A stretch of 64,000 nucleotides of DNA from the NCBI RefSeq assembly GCF_009914755.1, contig NC_060932.1; one strand, written 5' to 3'. Both the position numbers and the translations under genes were made by a program. A model generated the notes under the pieces. That model was given only the letters and a program-made list of their open reading frames with translations. It was not told where the DNA came from and searched no databases. Below are positions 30,610-43,356 of the stretch, piece by piece. Every line of letters starts with the position of its first letter. Positions within the stretch are counted from its first letter, which is position 1. The DNA comes from the human T2T-CHM13v2.0 reference genome, Homo sapiens.

Positions 30610-32287
30610 TGAGAGGTGACAGCGTGCTGGCAGTCCTCGCAGCCCTTGCTCGCTCTCAGCGCCTCCTCTGCCTGGGCTCCCACTTTGGCGGCACTTGAGG
30701 AGCCCTTCAGCCCGCCGCTGCACTGTGGGGGCCCCTTTCTGGGCTGGCCAAGGCCGGAGCCGGCTCCCTCAGGTTGCTGGGAGGTGTGGAGGGAGAGGCG
30801 TGGGCGGGAAGTGGGGCTGCGGGCGGTGCTTGCGGGCCAGCACGAGTTCCGGGTGGGCGTGGGCTCGGTGGGTCCCGCACTCGGAGCGGCGGGCCGGCCC
30901 CGCGGACCCCGGGCAGTTAGGGGCTTAGCACCTGGGCCAGCAGCTGCTGTGCTCAATTTCTCGCCCGGCCTTAGCTGCCTTCCTCCCCCCCGGGCAGGGC
31001 TCGGGACCTGCAGCCCGCCATGCTTGAGCCTCCCCCCAACCTCCGTGGGCTCCTGTGCGGCCCGAGCTTCCCCAAACGATCGCTGCCCCCTGCTCCACGG
31101 TGCCCAGTCACATCGACCACCCAAGGGCCGAGGAGTGCGGGCGCATGGCGCTGGGACTGGCAGGCAGCTCCACCTGCAGCCCTGGTGCGAGATCCACTGG
31201 GTGAAGCCAGCTGGGCTCCTGAGTCTGGTGAGGACTTGGAGAGCCTTTATGTCTAGCTAAGGGATTGTAACTATTCCAATCGGCACTCTGTATCTAGCTC
31301 AAGGTTTGTAAACACACCAATCAGCACCCTGTGTCTAGCTCAGGGTTTATGAATGCACCAATGGACACTCTGTATGTAGCTACTCTGGTGGGGACTTGGA
31401 GAACCTTTATGTCTAGCTAAGGGATTGTAAATACACCAATCAGCACTCTGTATCTAGCTCAAGGTTTGTAGACACACCAATCAGCACCCTTTGTTTAGCT
31501 CAGGGTTTGTGAATGCACCAGTCGACACTCTGTATCTAGCTACTCTGGTGGGGACTTGGAGAACCTTTATGTCTAGCTAAGGGATTGTAAATACACCAAT
31601 CGGCACTCTTTATCTAGCTCAAGGTTTGTAAACACACCAATCAGCACCCTGTGTCTAGCTCAGGGTTTGTGAATGCACCAATCGACACTCTGTATCTAGC
31701 TAATCTGGTGGGGACCTGGAGAACCTTTGTGTCTAGCTCAGGGATTGTAAACGCACCAATCAGCGCCCTGTCAAAATAGACCACTCGGCTCTCTGTAAAA
31801 TGGACCAATCAGCAGGATGTGGGTGGGGCCAGATAAGAGAAGAAAAGCAGGCTGCGGGAGCCAGCAGTGGCAACCCACTGAGGTCTTCTTCCACACCGTG
31901 GAAGCTCTGTTCTTTCCCTCTTTGCAATAAATCTTGCTGCTGCTCACTCTTTGGGTCCACACTGCGTTTATGAGCTGCAACACTCACTGCAAAGGTCTGC
32001 AGCTTCACTCCTGAAGCCAGCGAGACCACGAACCCACCAGGAGGAGCGAACAACTCCAGACATGCGCGGCCTTAAGAGCTGTAACACTCACCGGGAAGCT
32101 CTGCAGCTTCACTCCTGAGCCAGCGAGACCATGAACCCACCAGAAGGAGGAAACTCTGAGCACATCCTAGCATCAGAAGGAACAAACTCCGGACATGCCG
32201 CGTTTAAGTACTGTAACACTCACCGCGAGGGTCCACAGCTTCATTCTTGAAGTCAGTGAGACCAAGAACCCACCAATTCCGGACACA
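30610..32287 (+). mobile_element. Solo LTR12 (LTR12C-like, ERV9) with 4-bp TSD ATAA
   Basis: Starts TGAGAGGTGACAGCGTGCTGGC and ends CCGGACACA; ataa at 30606-30609 and 32288-32291; GC-rich U3, CCAAT repeats, AATAAA at 31926 and U5 repeats. Confidence 0.93.
31224..31770 (+). repeat. LTR12 U3 enhancer tandem array (160-bp period, about 3.4 units, each with about 40-bp subunits)
   Basis: tctggtg recurs at 31224, 31384, 31544 and 31704; many ccaat and tatct motifs (NF-Y/GATA-type). Confidence 0.9.
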
Positions 32288-32348
32288 ATAACACTCAAAA
32301 CAGCTCAGAGGGGCTGCTGTGGACAGTAGGGCGGGTACTGATACCAGA

Positions 32349-32736
32349 TGCAACGCTCTTGTATCACTTCGAACCCTGAGAGCGCGCCAACAGCACACGA
32401 GGTGGTGTGGAGCAACAAGAGGTTTTAATGAGCGCCTGGGTGCAGACGGGCTGAGGCCTAAAATGGCATCAGCCGGAAGTGAGGACGGGGCAGGGGTTTT
32501 ATAGTTCTCTGTAAACAGGAAGTGTCCCAGTCTGACGTGACTGCTGCGTAGTACCTGGACGGCCTCCCTCTCAGTCTTCAGAGGGTATGTGTTTCCCAGC
32601 CAGCTCTCTTCCTGCTTATGCTATCTTGCTGACGCACGCTGCTGGAGCAAGTGGCCTTGCACCTTGGGTCTGGGCCTGAGGAGGGAGGAAGTTATTCATT
32701 CCCTTAAACTTTCAGGCCCCGGGGGAGAATCTTTCA
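32349..32736 (-). mobile_element. 5' LTR of the ERV (388 bp)
   Basis: On the minus strand TGAAAG...TTGCA, followed by TC-TGGT (start of a primer-binding site); homologous to 28500-28893. Confidence 0.87.
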
Positions 32737-32880
32737 CCCAGCATTTTGAAAGGCTGAGGCGGGAGGATCACTTGAGGCCAGGAGTTCAAGACCAGTCTGG
32801 CCAACATAGCGAAACCCTGTCTTCACTTAAAAAAAAAAAAATTAGCTGGGCGTGGTGTCCCCTGCCTATATATAACCTCA

Positions 32881-33150
<270 letters not shown>

Positions 33151-34727
33151 AGAGTGAGACATGCGTGTGGACATAATAGATCCATCTAGGAAGGTTAGTT
33201 AGAACTGAGTGGACAAGGGGCTTGGAAGCCATGCTGACACATTTGTTTTGGGCACCTACCAAAATGTTAGAAATGTGATGTATTATAGGGATGTATTTGG
33301 AAATGTTTCCACTAAAATGATACGATGTTGGGAATTTGCTTAAAAATAGCCTAGTTTGGGTAGGATGGCAAATGGAAAGAGCTTTGGTCGGAGAATGGAT
33401 GGAAAAATTGGCTGTGTGTTGAAGCTAGGTCATGGATGCCTGGTGATTTATGATGTTGCTTTTTCTACCTTTGTGTACTTTTGAACATTTACATAATAAA
33501 AAGTAAATTAAAAGGATAGGGGAAAATAAGTAAACAGAAAACAAGTTTCTCTGTGGTTAGTGCATGGCTTGTCAAGATGGCTTATTTATTGAAACTTCTC
33601 AGCTACCCCTCAAGTTTCTCATCTGTAAAAGGGGATAATTATGTATTATTGACAGGGGTATTTTGACTGAGGTAATGGAGAGCACTTAACACAGTGCCTA
33701 GTCCATTATGTTCCATAACAGAACTTATTTTTATTATTACTCAATTTTGGCAGGCAGTGGAGTGCTATCAAAGAGGTTTGAGCATGAGAGTGGCATAAAG
33801 CTGTTTACAGAACCATAGAAGAGTATTTTAGCTTATTGGAGTTGCTACACAATGAAATTAAAATTTCAGTATTAGAGTCAAGGAAACCAGCAAAACAGGT
33901 CATACCTGCTTCAGCCTCAAGGCTGAACTGGGAACATTTCTACTGGGAACCTGTAGGTACTGAATCAGCCTTAGTGACAGAGGAGCAGCTTTGCTGCTTG
34001 AATAAAGCCTGGAACCACATAAGGGGATAAGACTGGTGGGAACCAGCCAGGGATGTGCATTTTAAGGCCAGGGCAGTAGTGGAGGACACCCAGAGCCAAC
34101 AGAAACAAATCTGAATGGGGACTGGCAAATACAGGGTCGACCTAGCTGGGCCAAATGATTGTGAGACCCAGTTATAAGGGGAAGGGGTTTGGCGAGATAC
34201 CAGGACAGGTCTAGGGACTCTTACCAAAATACACAGGCTGGTCGGAGAAAGAGCTGAAGTCAGATCCAATTCTAGACTGGTGAGCTGAAAGTGCTGCTGG
34301 GACAGGGAGCCATGATCAAGTTCCAGAGGGGTTGAACTACCAGAGGGGCAGGAGCTAGGGTTGTGGGAGAAAAATAAAGCCAACGTCTTCAGAAGAATCA
34401 GCGGTATCACTGTGGAGGCAGGTTGCTTGATGAGGCCTGTGGACCCATGCTGTAATTCAGGACTCAGAATTCCTGCACAGCCATCTGGAATGACCACTCC
34501 AGACAGACCTGGATTGTTATGATCTGCAGAAGGCTAGGTATCTTTCCTATGGTCTCAGAGGTTAGATTTTATTAGTCTCTGCTATTTGACTTGACCAGAG
34601 ATTCTCTTCAGCCTCATGTGGTTTTAGCTATAATGATCTGGTCTAATGAAACATGAGTAATAGTACGTTGTAAACATTTGTCTCCTTCCCATATCTGTAC
34701 TTAAAAAAAAAACAAAAACCTCAAAAT

Positions 34728-35036
<309 letters not shown>

Positions 35037-35957
35037 TCACATGTGGAAAACATGGTTGCTTGTATGTATGATGGTTGATCCTATTGCCATAGAGCATGGT
35101 TATAAACTGTTGCCTATTTCTTATAAAGGACCTCTCTCTCCTCTGCCCCCGTCCTGGTTAGTACTGTACAAGAAACATTTTAGGCATCAGGTATTTGATG
35201 AAAACCTAAAGGATGTGAATTTGGTTGACTCTGAGATTAGATGGTTAACAAAATTTAGAGAATGTAGGTTCTCATTCCTAATAATTTGTCTTCATCAAAG
35301 TAAAACAAAATAAACACCAAAGATTTTCTTTTATTAATTGACAGTATAATTTTGGTGCATATTTTTGAGAAGATAAAATTAGTTTTAATTTTTCCAACTT
35401 CACTTTAGACCTGTACTAAATCTTAATAAGTGATATTAAACCACCAAGGGATTGTTAAAAATTTATAAAACATATTTATAATAGAAAAGTTTTCAGCAAC
35501 AAAAAATAGTGATGTAGGTTGATATGTATTGGCATGCAAAGATGGCTAGGATATATACTAAGTGAAAAAATTAGGTTTCAAAACAGCATATATAGTTGAG
35601 TTCATTTTTGTCATAAAATGTATGTATGTATGTGTGTTTATAGATTGAAAAACATTGAAAAACATTCTCTGATTTCTAAATATTTACTCTTTAAACCACA
35701 CTCTAGATGTTTCCTCTTGTTGGCCAGGCTGGTCTCAAATTAAAAATGCTTATACATTTAATTTTGGAACCTGTAGGTATTTGTACAGTGATGAGAATTT
35801 AGCAAAAGAGTTGCTTTATTATATATGACATGTAACAGAAAATTTTCATTGCAGTATTTTTTGTTCCTGGTTATAGATATATCTTCTTTATGCAGGGTAA
35901 TTCATTAATATTGGTGGGAATTTCTATGCTGAAGCTAACTCTTTTCTTCTTCTACAG

Positions 35958-36077
35958 CTGGCCAAATTTCGCAGTCTCCTGTGCACAGCGGAGGGTGAAG
36001 CAGCAGCTTTTCTGGTGAGCAATCACCGCCCACCACAGCCTCTAAAGGGCCGCAAAGTGAGAGCCTCTTTCCATTAA
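35958..36077 (+). CDS. CA13: CA13 exon 7 coding part (LAKFRSLL...[18 protein letters not shown])
   Basis: Polypyrimidine tract plus tacag| acceptor; NxRPxQPL motif; TAA at 36075-36077. Confidence 0.97.
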   Translation: MAKFRSLLCTAEGEAAAFLVSNHRPPQPLKGRKVRASFH

Positions 36078-36237
36078 AAATTGTCACCAATGAACTCCCC
36101 CAAACATGGCTGTGGAGAGACAACAAAACAAAACAAAGCACAAAAGTCTCTGCCAACAACTCTTTTGTGGAATTCTAATTTATAGGAAACATTTTAGTAT
36201 GAGCTTCAGTGTCACAAAGAAAACCAGATCTCTCTCT

Positions 36238-36545
36238 CTTTTTTTTTTATTTTTTTTAGTGATAGAGTCTCACTCTGTCACCCAGGCTGGAGGGCAGTGG
36301 TACAATCTTGGCTAATTGCAGCCTCCAACTCCTGGACTCAAGTGATCCTCCCACCTCAGCCTCCAGAGTAAGTAGGACCACAGGCATGCACAAGCATGCC
36401 TGGCTAATTTTTAAATTTTTTTTTTTTAAGAAATAGGGTCTTGCTATGTTGCCCAGGCTGGTCTCAAGCTCCTGCCCTAAAGTAGGCCTCCTGCCTTTGC
36501 CTCTCAAAGTGCTGGGATTTCAGGCATGGGTCATCAAGCCCAGCT
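36238..36545 (-). mobile_element. AluJ in the CA13 3' UTR (antisense)
   Basis: Reverse Alu consensus. Confidence 0.88.
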
Positions 36546-37592
36546 GACCCAGAGCTCTTTACTAACTTATCTGTCTCTTATTTGCACTCATGGATATTCA
36601 CAGTAAGCATTGTTTGACATATATTAAAACCCATGAAATATGTCTACTTCAACCTGTGTGAAAATATAGTTAACATTGCAAACTTTAGAATGTATTAAAA
36701 ATTTTACCTTGCCATAGAGACTGAATTAGTCACAGCTCTCAGTGATGTTAGATGGAAACTTATATCTCAAATGATAGGATTGTGATGCTTTTTTTGTAAC
36801 AAGTGATTCTGCTTAATATTTTGTTATTCCAGTTCATAAAAAGTAGATTACGTTTTCCTCTAAGGATAATTTTTGCAGTGATTATATTGCTAACTCTCAT
36901 TGCATGATACCTTTAATAAAATGAACAATATAAGAGTTAAGGGCAATGGGATAAAGCTACTTAATGTGTCTCCTCCACTGATCAAAAATATTCCATATAG
37001 TCTTGGTGAGGAATTCCCCAGGATATAAATGGCTATTTACACTGTAATGAATTATACCATATATGATATTCACTCAGTAATGTTAATAATGAACTGGCTA
37101 ATAATTGACAAGATGCAGTGCCTGCCAGTTTATGACATTAACTTGGTTTGAAACTAACATATGACATAGTACCAGTGCAGTCAGAGCTGCCCTTAGGCAT
37201 GATGAACATGTGGCCCGTTTTTGCCTGGTGTTTTGGCAGCAAAGCAGGAAGCAATTTTGTGTGGGTCATTGTTCTGTCAATTTGTGGAAAAAATTACTTC
37301 AGTCTCATATAAATATAGAATGGGTCCATAAACCCTTCAACTCATTTCCATGGCAAAACTCACTTTTCTTTTTATACATGTCCTTCAGTCTCTTAATTTT
37401 GTCAGGTGGAGCTTGATCTTAATTTTAACCTATTATCTTTTATTTTTGTTTGTTTTTGGTGAAGGATAAGAGTGGTGTTTCTTTTGCCCTTTCTGGTACA
37501 AACAGAGGGACACTAAGCATTAACTTAATAATCACATTTAAGACTTGAACACATGCTACCCTTTTGTCATCTTCTGACATAAGTTTACCTGA

Positions 37593-37949
<357 letters not shown>

Positions 37950-38776
37950 TTGAATGTAGATTTTAATAATTGAATTTATTCTGCCGTGTTGATAGAATAA
38001 CTGAATATCAGTAAATTGTGTAACAGTGGTGGATACTGTTGCATAAGATGAGCTCCTGAAGAGTGAAGCTAATTCTTTGGTCAATGTTCTTTTCCCCTCA
38101 GTGTCTAGTTTAAGGCTTTTAGAAGATTGATCTGTAGCAATTATTTAATGAATTGAATATTTAAAAAACTTTTTATTTGCTGTCTTTGGTAATTATCTCT
38201 CTGCTTGAAATTAAATGCACTATAAGTTAATATAACAAGTAAAATACATTGTCTTTTGAAAATAGTTTCTTTTTAAAGGAATACTAATTAATTGTAACTT
38301 GTAAAACCAAAAGTTCTAATGGTTTTTAAAAACCAGTGTTGAGTGGAAAAGTGTTTCTTTAGTTTGGAAAGACCTGTGAAGTATCCTAGTCAGGGAAAGA
38401 ACCTGTTTTCTGGAAGAATGTAAGTTGCTATATGTGGAGGGGCATGTAGGACAGGGGTTCTAATTACTGTCTGTGAGAGTTACTACTTTGTAACTTATGG
38501 TTTCTGCTTCAGTATTGTGTTGGTTCTGTATTATAAATTGCACCTTAATAGACCAAAAATATCTATACAGCACTGATTTCCTTGAATATTGTGTGTTAAT
38601 TGATATATCTTCTAGAGGCAAAAGGTTTAAATGTGTTAAAATGGTTATATTGCCTCCTTTTTAAACAAATTAAAGAGTTGTAAATACTAGTGTAGATCTC
38701 TTTTGTTTACCACAGCAAATACTGATTTTATGATTGTTAAGCATTTCATATTTTAATTTAAATTGGATTCAACCAC

Positions 38777-38782
38777 AATAAA
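38777..38782 (+). terminator. Candidate CA13 polyadenylation signal AATAAA
   Basis: AATAAA after AU-rich unique sequence, followed by TG-rich sequence and then the start of the repeat-dense region. Confidence 0.6.
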
Positions 38783-38861
38783 GAAAATGAGAAAAGCTTT
38801 CAACTGTGTCAGGGCCATGTATGTGCATTACGCACAATGAGATTGCATTTTACACTTCTTC

Positions 38862-39160
38862 TTTACTTTTTTTTTTGAGACAGGGTCTCCCTCTGTCACC
38901 CAGGCTAGAATGCAGTGGCATGATCTTGGCTCACTGCAGCCTTGATCTTCTGGGCTCAAACAATCCTCCCAACTGAGCCTCCCTAGTTAACCGGGACTAC
39001 AGGTGTGAGCCACTACACCTGGCCAATTTTTGTATTTTTTGTAGAGACAAAATCTCTCACTATGTTGCTCAGGCTGGCCTTGAACTTCTGGCTCAAGTGA
39101 TTCTCTTGACCCAGCCTCCCAAAGTGCTGGGAAGACAGGTATAAGCCACTACACCCAGCC
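38862..39160 (-). mobile_element. AluJ
   Basis: Reverse Alu; cattttacactt on both flanks. Confidence 0.88.
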
Positions 39161-39684
39161 ACATTTTACACTTTTAATTTAGAAAATAATTTCAAACTCA
39201 GAGAAAAAATACACAGTACAAAAAAACTGTTTTTCCCCTTGAATTGTTTGAAAGTAATTTGCCAGTCTGATTCCTCATCATTTCACAACCTTTAGTGTGT
39301 ATTTCCTACAAGCTGGGACATTGTCCTACATAATCATAATACAGCTGAAACAACCATGAGATTAGCATGGCTTTATTATTAACCACCCAATCCATTCAAG
39401 AATAACTTGTCCATTTAGTTTTCATGTTTCCTTCAGTTAGGACTTGTTTCCCAGTCTCTCCTTGTTTTTTGTGAGCTTGACACTTTTGAAGATTATAGGT
39501 CAGCTACTTTATAGAATGTTTCCATTTGAGTTTGTTCAGTGTTTTGTGATTAGATTCAGATTATGTGTTGCTGGCAGGAATACCACAAAAGTGATGCTGT
39601 GCTCTTCTCCTTGCATGCAATCAGGCACCCAACTTTGATTTGGCTCTTATGGAGTATGTTCATTTTGTCATTTGATTAAGATGG

Positions 39685-40048
39685 TGCATTAGTCCATTTT
39701 CATGCTGCTGATAAAGACATACCCAAGACTGAGTAATTTATAAAGAAAAAAAGGTTTAATGGACTTACAGTTCCACACGGCTGGAGAGGCCTCACAATCA
39801 TGGCAGAAGGCAAAAGGCACATCTTACCTGGTGGCAGGCAAGAGAGAGAATGAAAATCAAGCAAAAGCAGTTTCCCCTTATGAAACCATCAGATCTCCTA
39901 AGACTTATTCACTACCGTGAGAACAGTATGGGGGAAACCACCCTCATGATTCAATTACCTCCCGCTGGGTCCCTCCCATAACACATGGGAATTATGGGAG
40001 CTACAATTCAAGATGAGATTTGGGTGGGGACATAGCCAAACTATATCA
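39685..40048 (-). mobile_element. THE1 (MaLR) solo LTR with 5-bp TSD gatgg, inserted in an old L1-like sequence (about 39170-40700)
   Basis: tgcattagtccattttcatgctgctgataaagacatacc...ccaaactatatca, 364 bp; gatgg at 39680 and 40049. Confidence 0.9.
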
Positions 40049-40881
40049 GATGGTGTCTGCTAGATGTCTCTGTTGTAAAGTTATTTTGTCCTTTGTAAAT
40101 ATTTGTTGGGAAGGGATTCTTTTAAGAGCATATAAATATTCTGTTCCTCATTAAACCTGTAATTTATTCATTTATTTCCAGCATAGATTTAGAGATCCTG
40201 TTTTATTTAACAGGCTGTAATCTGTTATTATTATTTATTCTGATGCTCAAATTTTTTGTTGATTTGCCCAGCGGGAGCACCTTCAAGCTGACTTGTGTGT
40301 CCTTTTGTCATGTCCCTATGTCCTCACTTTCTGGCAGCTTTCCTATGTTCCTGGCTCATTTTATACCTTTCTTTCCCTAGCCCTAGAACCAAGGATCCCT
40401 GGTTTCTTTTAGTAGAAAATAGTATTGAGGAAACCAAGATTTGGGTGAGCTCATTGCTATTGGAACATTGCTACTCTGAGGCCCTCTTGATAAACAGTGG
40501 TTGAGAATGTATACGCAGATATAAACATCTACATGTCTATACTTATCTATATTAAAACATGATTTCACACTCATATCTCTAATTCTAATCCAGCACTACA
40601 GTGTTCATTCTAGTTTTCTCCATTTCTATATTTGTAATTTCCTTCTCCAACAGTGAGAAACCTGGCTTCCATTATCCCCAACACAGTTTCTGATTTGGCT
40701 CATTCTTCTGTTTGTAGCGAATACCCCATTACTACTTCACCTTTCACCCACACATTGCACAGATGCCTGTCTCACTCAGCTTGGGTTCTGGTGTCCTGGG
40801 CTAGGCTGCCTTGTCCCTCCTGTCATCATGCAGTGTCCACCTTGCTTGGCTCTATCTTATAGACATTGGACTAAATTTTCA

Positions 40882-40960
40882 GGAAGGGAAGGGAAGGGAA
40901 GGGGAAGGGAGGAGAGGGAGAGGGGAGGGGAGGGGTAGAGAAGGGGAGGGGAGGTTGGGG
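40882..40960 (+). repeat. (GGGAA/GGGGA)n purine-rich low-complexity tract
   Basis: Directly visible. Confidence 0.9.
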
Positions 40961-43057
40961 TAAGAGTAAGAGTATGCTTTGAAATATTTGCTGAGCTGTT
41001 CATAGGGAAGTCCTTTTTTGTTTTTCTAACATAAGGTTACAGAGAACGTAGCTTTACTCACACACATTCTATCAAAAATGGTATTGGAATGGGATATTTT
41101 GTGAAAGGCTTTCAGTACCTTCTGAGTGGGGCTGCAGAAAATATAGGTCAAGAAATAGTGGTCTTATTTGAAAGGATGGGAAGGCATCCAGGCCCTCAGA
41201 TAACTACCTCACCAAGCTCTTTCACGTTTTACTGAAGAAGACTAAATCCTTTATGTTAAGGTTTCAATACCCATTGAAATGCAAACTCCACTCAGGATAA
41301 TTTTCCAAGTTACCAGTAGTGATTTGCACTTGAGTGTAACTGATCTTTATATGTCAAGTTTTGGTAGGACCAAAGACTGTTGACAGAAGGAAAGTTAGCT
41401 TGATACAAGAGTGAATGATCTGAGTGTTTGGATAACCAAGCTGAACTTGAACCACTTCACAGTTTTGCCTATATGCTTACTGTACCCTAACACCTTGCAC
41501 CATGACTGATGTATAGTAAATACTCAATTTTGGTGAATAGAAATCACTCTTTTTTGAGTTGAATTAATTGGCAATTTCTCTGGTGTGGCTAGAAACCTGT
41601 CTTTCCCTTCCTAAAGAGAAATTGTACCAACCAAGGACCCCCATCTCTGTCATGGGCTGACAGCAGTCTTCCTGCCTGAAGATCTTCAACATTTTCTTGC
41701 TTCACCACTTCTGCCAGACTGAATTACCCAGCAGAAGAAAGTGGGTACATTAAACTTCCTTGTTTCAAGTGAATTTGCTTCCAATATAGCTCTTCTGGGT
41801 GAAGAGAATGGTCAGTTTATCTTAGCTGTGCTCAAAGAGTGAGAGTTGCAGAAACTGTGTGGGTTTGATGAACCATAACTCAGCCCTAAGTTATTTATGG
41901 AAGGCATGACTTAGGAAAAATATGTTACATAAAGATTTTGTATTTTAACAAGGACTCCTGGAAATAACTGTGTTATGGAAGAGACACATAACTGTATTAT
42001 GTGTCTAAAGGCTCCAGACACAAACACATAATTAAATGATACTGGCATTAAAAAAAAATAGGTGGCATAGTATCAGCCAGGTTCCAAAAAAAAAGACAGA
42101 AACCACTCAGTATTCCAAACAGAGGGTGTAAATACTTGGGATTAATTATACAAGTGATGAAAGATGCTGAGAGACCAAACAGAGGACAGTGAGGCAACCA
42201 AGAGATTAGCAAGAGCAGGAGGTCCCACCTTCCATAGGAGGAGGCAGTGTTCCTGGAGCCCAGGAGCTGTGGAACAGATAAGATGAAATGAAAGTATGAC
42301 TGAGTAGTAGGATCTGGTTATTTTTTTTAAAGACACAGTTATTATCTAAGATCTTACTTGAGGCAGAGAGGAGGGGAGAGATACTCCGGGTTCTCCCTTT
42401 GTTGTATCCACTAAATTTCTACCAGTACCCGTGGATGAAACCTTGCCAGAAGCCAGACACATGAAAGGCCATCCCCTTTGTGATACAGAACAGATTAGTG
42501 GAAAAGTCTAGGATTGGATCTGAGAACACGCATGCTTAAGACCAGCCAAGACACCAGCGCTGGGAACCTCCATTATTAGGTCAAACAAAAGACTATGATG
42601 CTGGGATGGAAGTCTCCAGAGAGAGAAAACCAATGTCATACTTCTCTCCCACTCTGTAAATTTTATTTGACCACCATGTATTGGACATGTTAGATGTTAA
42701 ATGTAATGCTAGGGGTTAGAGATATAAAGATGATTAAGATGTTATTCCTGCTCTTAAACAGCTCAAAACTTCCAAGGCACATATAAAAACAAAATGCCTC
42801 AACACAAAATATTAGTTTTCTTAATTTTAGGCATCTATAAAGTGCTGTGGGAACATGGAGAAAATGAAGAAATTATTAGTTCTGGAAAAAAAACAAAGGC
42901 ATGAAGATTTCCAAGTGTGGTATATTTAGAAATTGAGTTCTTTGGTTCCCTGTATGGTTTTCTGCCTAGTGTCTGGGGACAAGGACATGTATCAGTGAGG
43001 ACTCTTTTGTTTGAGAATAATAGGAACTCAGCTCAAAATAGCTAAAACAAATAATAT

Positions 43058-43356
<299 letters not shown>

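Noticed and set aside
30492-31260. 210-aa and 214-aa overlapping ORFs
   Set aside because: Stop-poor GC-rich LTR12C U3. Only the last 38 or so codons of the minus ORF are real env remnant.
31224-31770. Regular repeat array, superficially CRISPR-like
   Set aside because: No unique spacers; it is the known LTR12 tandem enhancer, in eukaryotic DNA.
32329-32346. Assigning a tRNA primer from TGGTATCAGTACCCG
   Set aside because: The sequence after TGGT translates as the env signal region, so the PBS appears deleted and no primer or family can be called from it.
33940-34497. 185-aa minus-strand ORF
   Set aside because: No recognisable domain or splice structure; probably chance in old repeat-derived sequence.
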